DNA of 64,000 nucleotides, from NCBI GenBank assembly GCA_964627525.1, contig CAZVIA010000001.1, forward strand, positions 8,007 through 72,006, read 5' to 3'. This document shows positions 57,488 to 64,000 of the stretch, one piece after another. Each line of letters begins with the position of its first letter. The stretch's first letter is position 1. The notes beneath the pieces were generated by a model. That model ran no database searches and was not told the DNA's origin. It saw only the letters and a program-made list of their open reading frames with translations. The translations under genes were made by a program, and so were the position numbers. Source of the stretch: an uncultured Gammaproteobacteria bacterium. GTDB taxonomy: Bacteria > Patescibacteriota > Patescibacteriia > Magasanikbacterales > JBBTQS01.

Positions 57488-59521
57488 ATGAATGTAACTG
57501 AATTGGCACGAAGAATGCGAATGAACACTCATACACTCCTGGAAATTCTCCCGGAGTTTGGTTTTGATATTGGTAAAAAAGCTATTAAAGTAGATGATCG
57601 TGTTGCTCAGAAGATTTTAAGACAAAGTAGATATATAAAACAAGAGCTGGATAAGCGCAAAAAAGTTGAGAAATTAAAACAAAAAGAACTTGAAAAACAA
57701 ATGCGTAAAGAAAGAGGGGAAACTGTTGTGATTCCTGATGTTGTTACTGTGCGTGATTTTGCAGAGCGTCTTAGTTTGCCTGTGACTACTGTTATTACTG
57801 AGCTGATGAAAAATGGGATTTTGGCGAATTTAAATGAAAATATTGATAAAGACACTGCTTCTGTTTTAGCAGAAGATTTGGGATTTACTGTTGGGCAGGG
57901 AACTGGTGATGAAAATGATTCAAACACAGAGGTTGTGGATGCTTTGGAAACAGCTTTGTCTTCACAAAAAGATGAATCACTTAAGTATCGTCCTCCGGTT
58001 ATTGTGGTGATGGGACATGTTGATCATGGGAAAACTAAATTGTTAGATGCAATTCGTAACGCAAATGTAATTGATACAGAGTCTGGTGGTATTACACAAC
58101 ATATTGGTGCTTATCAAGTTGAACATAAAATGCGTGATTCTGATGAAAAACGTAAAATTACTTTTGTTGATACTCCAGGACATGAAGCTTTTACAGTTAT
58201 GAGAAGTCGTGGTGCGCGAATTGCTGATATTGCAATTTTAGTTGTAGCTGCAGATGATGGAGTTATGCCACAAACAGAAGAAGCAATTAATATTATTAAT
58301 GCTGCAAAATTACCAATGGTTGTGGCAATAAATAAAATAGACAAGCCAGATGCAAATGTTGATAAAGTTCGCACTGAATTGTCTCAACGTAATATTGTTC
58401 CAGAAGAGTGGGGTGGAAAAATTCCTATGGTTGAAATTTCAGCTAAGCAAGGAACTAATATTGGTGATTTATTAGAAACTATTTTATTGGTAGCAGATGT
58501 TGAGCAAGAAAATATAAGAGCTGATGCAGATCGTGAAGCTGTAGGAACTGTAATTGAATCTCATGTGGATAAAGGTGAAGGCCCTGTTGCAACAATTTTA
58601 GTTCAAGCTGGAACTTTGCGTCGCACGGATCCTTTGGTTGTAAATGAACAATTGTATGGAACAGTTCGTGCAATGAAAGATTATAAAGGTGGGGATGTGG
58701 ATATTGCCGACCCTTCAACTCCTGTAAAAATTCTTGGATTTAAAGCAGCACCACAAGTTGGAGATATTTTAGATGTAGCTCAATCAAAAACAGCTACAAA
58801 AATTAAAAAGACAAAGACAACTGAAAAATCTAAACAGTCTGTGCAGCAGCAAACAGAACAGGAAGATGAAGAGGAAAAGAAAAAAGTTTTAAACTTAATT
58901 ATTCGTGCAGATGTGTTAGGTTCTTTAGAGGCGATTTTAGGGTCTGTTGAAAAGTTTCAACATGATGAAGTGGGAATTAAGGTTGTGGCTAAGGGATTGG
59001 GAAATATTACTGAAACTGATATTGATCAAGCTGAAGGAACACAAGCACAAGTTTTGGCTTTTCATGTTCAAGTACCTGCAAATGTTGAAGAGTTAGCTGG
59101 GTCAAAACAAACTAAAGTTGTGGTTCAGAAGTTTGAGGTAATTTATGCTTTGCTTGAATATCTTGAAAAAGAATTGCAAAAAATGTTGCCATCTGAGAAA
59201 ATTGTTACTGAACTTGGTAAGGCAGCTGTTTTGGCGATTTTCCGTACAGATAAAACCGCAATGACTGTTGGTTCAAAAGTTTTGGAAGGTAAATTAGTTA
59301 AGGGTGCAAAAGTTCGTGTTGTGCGTGGTGAATATATTGAAGGTAAAGGTGAAATTGAAACTTTGCAAATTGGTCAGTCAAAAGAATCTGATGTACATGA
59401 AGGTACAGAATTTGGTATGCGTTTTGTTGGTAAAGCAAAAATTCAAGAAGGTGATATTTTGGAAGCTTACACAGAAGAAGTTAAAGAGCGCAAAATTGAG
59501 TTTAAAAAAACAACAAATTAA
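57488..59521 (+). CDS. infB: Translation initiation factor IF-2
   Basis: [28 protein letters not shown]. Confidence 0.97.
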   Translation: MNVTELARRMRMNTHTLLEILPEFGFDIGKKAIKVDDRVAQKILRQSRYIKQELDKRKKVEKLKQKELEKQMRKERGETVVIPDVVTVRDFAERLSLPVTTVITELMKNGILANLNENIDKDTASVLAEDLGFTVGQGTGDENDSNTEVVDALETALSSQKDESLKYRPPVIVVMGHVDHGKTKLLDAIRNANVIDTESGGITQHIGAYQVEHKMRDSDEKRKITFVDTPGHEAFTVMRSRGARIADIAILVVAADDGVMPQTEEAINIINAAKLPMVVAINKIDKPDANVDKVRTELSQRNIVPEEWGGKIPMVEISAKQGTNIGDLLETILLVADVEQENIRADADREAVGTVIESHVDKGEGPVATILVQAGTLRRTDPLVVNEQLYGTVRAMKDYKGGDVDIADPSTPVKILGFKAAPQVGDILDVAQSKTATKIKKTKTTEKSKQSVQQQTEQEDEEEKKKVLNLIIRADVLGSLEAILGSVEKFQHDEVGIKVVAKGLGNITETDIDQAEGTQAQVLAFHVQVPANVEELAGSKQTKVVVQKFEVIYALLEYLEKELQKMLPSEKIVTELGKAAVLAIFRTDKTAMTVGSKVLEGKLVKGAKVRVVRGEYIEGKGEIETLQIGQSKESDVHEGTEFGMRFVGKAKIQEGDILEAYTEEVKERKIEFKKTTN

Positions 59522-59571
59522 ATTAACTTAATTTTTGGGGGATTTTAAAAAAAATTTTAACTAAAAAAATT

Positions 59572-59889
59572 ATGGATTTTTCCGATGCAAATTTTCAAAA
59601 AGAAGTTTTGGAATCAGATGTGCCAGTTCTTGTTGATTTTTGGGCGCCATGGTGTGGACCTTGTCAGACAATGAAACCAATTATGGAAGAATTGGAAAAA
59701 GATTTTAAAGACAAGAAAATTAAAATCGGAAAATTAAATGTGGATGAAAATAATGCAACTGCAGGTCAGTACAGTGTTATGAGTATTCCTGCGTTTAAAG
59801 TTTTTAAGGATGGAAAAATTATTGATGAAGTTGTTGGTGGTCAGACTAAGGATCAGTTGGTAAAGCTGATTGAAAAAGTTTTAAAGTAA
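59572..59889 (+). CDS. trxA: Thioredoxin
   Basis: WAPWCGPC. Confidence 0.95.
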   Translation: MDFSDANFQKEVLESDVPVLVDFWAPWCGPCQTMKPIMEELEKDFKDKKIKIGKLNVDENNATAGQYSVMSIPAFKVFKDGKIIDEVVGGQTKDQLVKLIEKVLK

Positions 59890-59909
59890 AAGTTTTTAAA
59901 ATAAATTTG

Positions 59910-61163
59910 ATGTCAGTTTTTGAAAATGCTTTAAAGCAGTTGGGTCAAGCAGCGCAACACATAAATTTGTCTAAAGAAATTTTTTCTGTTTTAGAAAAAC
60001 CACAACGAGTGGTTCAAGTTAGTGTTCCTGTGAAAATGGATAGTGGTGAGTTAAAAGTTTTTCAGGGATATCGTGTGCAATATAATGATGCGCGCGGGCC
60101 GTTTAAGGGTGGTTTGAGATTTCATCCTGCAACTGATTTGGATGAGGTTAAGGCGCTGGCTTTTTGGATGACAATTAAATGTGCTGTTGTGGATTTGCCT
60201 TTTGGTGGTGGTAAAGGCGGAATTCAAGTTGATACAAAAAAATTGTCTGAAGCAGAGTTGGAAAGATTGACGCGTGGTTTTGTTCGTGCGATTGCTGATG
60301 TGATTGGTCCGAAAAAAGATGTGCCAGCTCCAGATGTTTATACAACTCCGCAAATAATGAAATGGATTGCAGATGAGTATGGAAAAATTGTTGGTTATCC
60401 TTCTCCAGCAGTCATTACTGGAAAACCCATTGAGGTTGGTGGTTCTGAAGGTCGTGATAAGGCAACGGGTTATGGTGCATTTGCTGTTTTGCAAAAATAT
60501 ATGTTGGCTCGTGATTTTGTTCCTGAAAAAACTCGAGTTGTTGTGCAGGGTTTTGGAAATGCAGGATATTGGTTTTCAGAAATTGCACATAAGGCTGGTT
60601 TAAAAATTGTGGGAGTGTCTGATTCGCGTGGTGGAATTTTTAATGAAGCAGGTTTGGATCCTGAAAAAGTTTTGCAAGCAAAAAAAGAGCAGGGAAGTGT
60701 TGTGGATTTTCACAGTGGAGTTGGAGTTGGGATTTCGGAAAATAAAATTTTAACAAATGAAGAGTTGCTCGGATTAGAATGTGATGTTTTAGTTCCAGCA
60801 GCTTTAGAAAACGCAATTAATTCTGAAAATGTTTCTGAAATTAAAGCGCGTGCTATTTTGGAAGTTGCTAATGGACCAACAACAACTGAAGCTGATCAGT
60901 TTTTGTTTGAAAAAAGTGTAGATGTGATTCCAGATGTTTTGGCAAATGCCGGTGGTGTTTTGGTTAGTTATTTTGAGTGGTATCAAAACATGAATGATCA
61001 AAAGTGGGGGGAGTCAGAAGTTTTTGAAAAAATGAATAAAAAAATAGGAGAAGCATTTGATGAGGTGTGGAAAGAGTTTGAAGCTGGGAAAATTAATTTT
61101 AGAACAGCTGCTTTTGCCGTGGCTTTGAGAAAATTGGAAAAAGCTATTTTAGCGAGATTATAA
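59910..61163 (+). CDS. gdhA: Glu/Leu/Phe/Val dehydrogenase (glutamate dehydrogenase)
   Basis: GPFKGGLRF, GGGKGG, DVPAPD, QGFGNAG, NAGGV. Confidence 0.88.
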   Translation: MSVFENALKQLGQAAQHINLSKEIFSVLEKPQRVVQVSVPVKMDSGELKVFQGYRVQYNDARGPFKGGLRFHPATDLDEVKALAFWMTIKCAVVDLPFGGGKGGIQVDTKKLSEAELERLTRGFVRAIADVIGPKKDVPAPDVYTTPQIMKWIADEYGKIVGYPSPAVITGKPIEVGGSEGRDKATGYGAFAVLQKYMLARDFVPEKTRVVVQGFGNAGYWFSEIAHKAGLKIVGVSDSRGGIFNEAGLDPEKVLQAKKEQGSVVDFHSGVGVGISENKILTNEELLGLECDVLVPAALENAINSENVSEIKARAILEVANGPTTTEADQFLFEKSVDVIPDVLANAGGVLVSYFEWYQNMNDQKWGESEVFEKMNKKIGEAFDEVWKEFEAGKINFRTAAFAVALRKLEKAILARL

Positions 61164-61211
61164 TTTTGTTTGAGCTTTACTTTTCTTTGTTTTTCCGCCA
61201 AAATAAATTAT

Positions 61212-64000
61212 ATGGCAAAAGTTGAAAAAATTGATTTTAAAAATGTTGAGAAAAAATGGCAAAAGTTTTGGGAAAAACACAAAACTTTTCATGCCCATGA
61301 TTTTGCAGATGAAAAACCAAAGTACTATCCTTTGGTAGAATTTCCATATCCATCTGGCGCTGGTTTGCATGTTGGTCATCCGCGCCCCTACACTGCTTTG
61401 GATATTGTTGCGCGAAAGCGACGTATGCAAGGTTATAATGTGATGTTTGCGATGGGTTGGGATGCGTTTGGTTTGCCAACTGAAAATTACGCAATTAAAA
61501 CCGGTCGTCAGCCAGCAGAAGTAACTGCGGAAAATATTGCGACTTTTAAAAAACAAATTCAGTCTTTGGGAATTTCTTTTGATTGGTCTCGTGAAATCAA
61601 TACTACTGATCCAAAATATTATAAGTGGACGCAATGGATTTTTTTGAAATTATTTGAAGCTGGTTTGGCTTATAAAGCAAACATACCAGTCAATTGGTGT
61701 TTGAGTTGTAAAATTGGTTTGGCTAATGAGGAAATTGTTGATGGTGCTTGTGAACGTTGTGGTGGTGAAGTTGAAAAACGAGATAAAGAACAATGGATGT
61801 TGGGAATTACAAAATACGCTGATCGTTTGTTGGAGGATTTGGATGGTGTTGATTATATTGAGCGTGCAAAAGTTCAGCAGAAAAATTGGATTGGGAGAAG
61901 TGAGGGTTCTGAAATTGATTTTAAAATTGTTGGGTCAGATGAAGTTGTGCGTGTTTTTACAACTCGTGCAGATACTTTGTTTGGTGCGACTTATATGGTG
62001 TTGGCGCCAGAGCATGAGTTAGTTGATAAGTTGCGTGAGAAAATAGGAAATTGGGATGAAGTTAAAAAATATCGTGCTAATGCTTGTAAGATAAAAGAAA
62101 TGGATCGTTTAGCTGAAGGTCGTGAAAAAACAGGTGTTGTTTTGAAAGGGGTGATGTGTGTAAATCCAGCAAATGGAGAAGAGATTCCTGTTTGGATTGC
62201 TGATTATGTTTTAACTGGATATGGAACTGGTGCAATTATGGCTGTTCCAGCACATGATGAAAGGGATTTGGAGTTTGCTGAGAAATTTAAATTAGAAGTG
62301 CTTGAAGTTGTTGGCGAAGATGGTGGTTTGATAAATTCTGGAGAGTTTGATGGTATAAATTTTGAAAAAGCTAAGAGTGCGATTACTGAAAAAGTTGGCG
62401 GTGAGATGACTGTTAAATATAAACTACGCGACTGGGTTTTTTCTCGTCAAAGATATTGGGGCGAGCCAATTCCTTTGGTTAATTGTGAGAAGTGTAAGGG
62501 TTGGGTTGCTTTACCAGAAACTGAATTGCCTTTGGAATTGCCTAAGGTTGAAAAATATGAACCAACAGACACTGGTGAATCTCCGTTGTCTGCGGTTAAA
62601 GATTGGGTGAATACAAAATGTCCTCAATGTGGTGGGTCAGCTAAACGTGAGACAGACACAATGCCGAATTGGGCTGGAAGTTCTTGGTATTTTTTAAGAT
62701 ATTGTGCGCCAAATGATGATGAAATTTTTGAGCATACAAAATTGTGGAAACGTAAAGCAATAAAACCAAATGCACATGACAAAGTTGTTTGGGAAACTTA
62801 TTTAAAAATCCGTGAGATTTTTGCAGAGGATAAATTGGATTTTTGGGTGTGTGGAAGTTTATTAATGAATGTTTTAAATAGAGAGATTTGGAAACACATG
62901 GATGATTTAGATGTTCATGTGCGAAGTTGTGATTATGATCGGGCGATTAAAGTGATGACTGCAAAAGGTTTTGTTGAAAGTGATCGCAAGCGTGAAGGTT
63001 CAATTACAATGACACATGCTGGAGTAAATATTGAGTTGATTGAAGTTTTTTGTGAGAGTGGTGAAGTGTATACAGTTTATTCTAATGGTCAGAAAATTTT
63101 AATGGCGGAAAATGATTTGGAAATGGTGGAGCGTGGTTCATTAAATGGTGTGAGTGTGCGAACTATTTCTCCATGGCATGCTTTGTATCAATATACTTAT
63201 TTACAAAAACATCTTGAGCGCGAAAAAGAAGGTGATGATGATAAAAAACAATTTTTGCGTGATTATTTGAACTCGCCAATGAATTATTGGATGGGTGTTG
63301 ATTGGTATAATGGGGGAATGGAGCATACGGTTTTGCATTTATTGTATTCTCGTTTTTGGAATAAGTTTTTGTTTGACTTAGGTGTTGTTCCTGTGAGTGA
63401 ACCTTATAATAAAAGAACAAGCCATGGTTTAATTTTAGCTAAGGGTGGTGAAAAGATGAGTAAGTCAAAAGGAAATGTTATAAATCCAGATGAAATTGTG
63501 GGCAAATATGGTGCTGATACTTTTCGTGTTTATGAAATGTTTATGGGGCCGTTTGATCAGACAGCTGAATGGGATACAAATGGTTTGATTGGTGTGAAGC
63601 GGTTTTTGGATAAGGTTTGGAAGTTGCAGGAAAAAGTTGATGATGTTGATGTTGTTGGGGGTGAAATAGGCGCTGGGCAAAATAAAGTTGATCAAAAAGT
63701 TTTGAAAAAAATGCATTGGGCAATTCACAAAGTTAGTGCAGATATTGAAGCTATGAGATTTAATACTGCGGTGTCTGCTTTGATGGAGTTGGTAAATGAT
63801 TTGGGAAAATTAAAAGTTGTGCCGTTAAGTGTGTATCGCATTTTAATAAAATTATTAAGTGTGCTTGCTCCGCATATGTGTGAGGAGTTGTGGTCTTTGT
63901 TTGGTGATAAGGATGTAAGTGTGAGTAAAGTTGAGTGGCCAGATTTTGATAAAAAAATGTTGGAGCAAGATGAGGTAACTTATGCTGTGCAGGTTAATGG
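61212..64000 (+). CDS. leuS: Leucine--tRNA ligase, 3'-partial, with an inserted nucleotidyltransferase-like domain
   Basis: Absent from the ORF track because it runs off the window. Translated by hand: FPYPSGAGLHVGH, GTGAIMAVPAHD, RDWVFSRQRYWGEP, GGMEH, KMSKSKGN. Confidence 0.95.
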   Translation, partial: MAKVEKIDFKNVEKKWQKFWEKHKTFHAHDFADEKPKYYPLVEFPYPSGAGLHVGHPRPYTALDIVARKRRMQGYNVMFAMGWDAFGLPTENYAIKTGRQPAEVTAENIATFKKQIQSLGISFDWSREINTTDPKYYKWTQWIFLKLFEAGLAYKANIPVNWCLSCKIGLANEEIVDGACERCGGEVEKRDKEQWMLGITKYADRLLEDLDGVDYIERAKVQQKNWIGRSEGSEIDFKIVGSDEVVRVFTTRADTLFGATYMVLAPEHELVDKLREKIGNWDEVKKYRANACKIKEMDRLAEGREKTGVVLKGVMCVNPANGEEIPVWIADYVLTGYGTGAIMAVPAHDERDLEFAEKFKLEVLEVVGEDGGLINSGEFDGINFEKAKSAITEKVGGEMTVKYKLRDWVFSRQRYWGEPIPLVNCEKCKGWVALPETELPLELPKVEKYEPTDTGESPLSAVKDWVNTKCPQCGGSAKRETDTMPNWAGSSWYFLRYCAPNDDEIFEHTKLWKRKAIKPNAHDKVVWETYLKIREIFAEDKLDFWVCGSLLMNVLNREIWKHMDDLDVHVRSCDYDRAIKVMTAKGFVESDRKREGSITMTHAGVNIELIEVFCESGEVYTVYSNGQKILMAENDLEMVERGSLNGVSVRTISPWHALYQYTYLQKHLEREKEGDDDKKQFLRDYLNSPMNYWMGVDWYNGGMEHTVLHLLYSRFWNKFLFDLGVVPVSEPYNKRTSHGLILAKGGEKMSKSKGNVINPDEIVGKYGADTFRVYEMFMGPFDQTAEWDTNGLIGVKRFLDKVWKLQEKVDDVDVVGGEIGAGQNKVDQKVLKKMHWAIHKVSADIEAMRFNTAVSALMELVNDLGKLKVVPLSVYRILIKLLSVLAPHMCEELWSLFGDKDVSVSKVEWPDFDKKMLEQDEVTYAVQVN

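Noticed and set aside
61158-63728. Short ORFs listed in the track near the window end
   Set aside because: All lie within or antisense to leuS, which the track omitted because it has no stop in the window.
1-64000. CRISPR array, rRNA, DGR template or RT, transposase, recoded TGA
   Set aside because: No regularly spaced repeats, rRNA or RT/transposase motifs were seen. TGA ends genes and conserved Trp residues use TGG, so code 11 applies.

Overview
AT-rich (about 30-35% GC by eye) bacterial chromosomal segment in standard code 11. It is most likely from a Patescibacteria/CPR (Parcubacteria-like) genome: rpmD/L30 is absent between rpsE and rplO, housekeeping genes lack Shine-Dalgarno motifs, and the gene content is typical. 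The backbone is housekeeping: ndk, the str operon, tuf, the S10-spc ribosomal protein cluster, secY-adk-map, asnS/aspS, scpA/B, parA/B, rel, topA, der, two HU genes, rny, truB, infB, trxA, gdh, a partial leuS and two tRNAs. Inserted in it are stand-alone, GC-richer orphan cassettes, each with its own sigma70 promoter, SD and terminator, plus several unannotated structured RNAs. The leading novelty candidates are: (i) a ~2.5 kb unit (50.0-52.5 kb) in which a >60% GC ORF with three repeats of an unrecognised Zn-binding module and a basic tail lies between a ~320 nt structured leader and a ~730 nt multi-hairpin RNA, with a one-module paralogue at 55.4 kb; (ii) two tandem, separately promoted sRNAs at 40.0-40.2 kb that are complementary in a strand-displacement geometry; (iii) a probable remote DGR target gene between fusA and tuf; (iv) a 6S-like RNA; (v) a LeuRS with an in-frame nucleotidyltransferase domain. 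No CRISPR array, rRNA, transposase, integrase or reverse transcriptase was seen. All calls were made by eye, without database searches.
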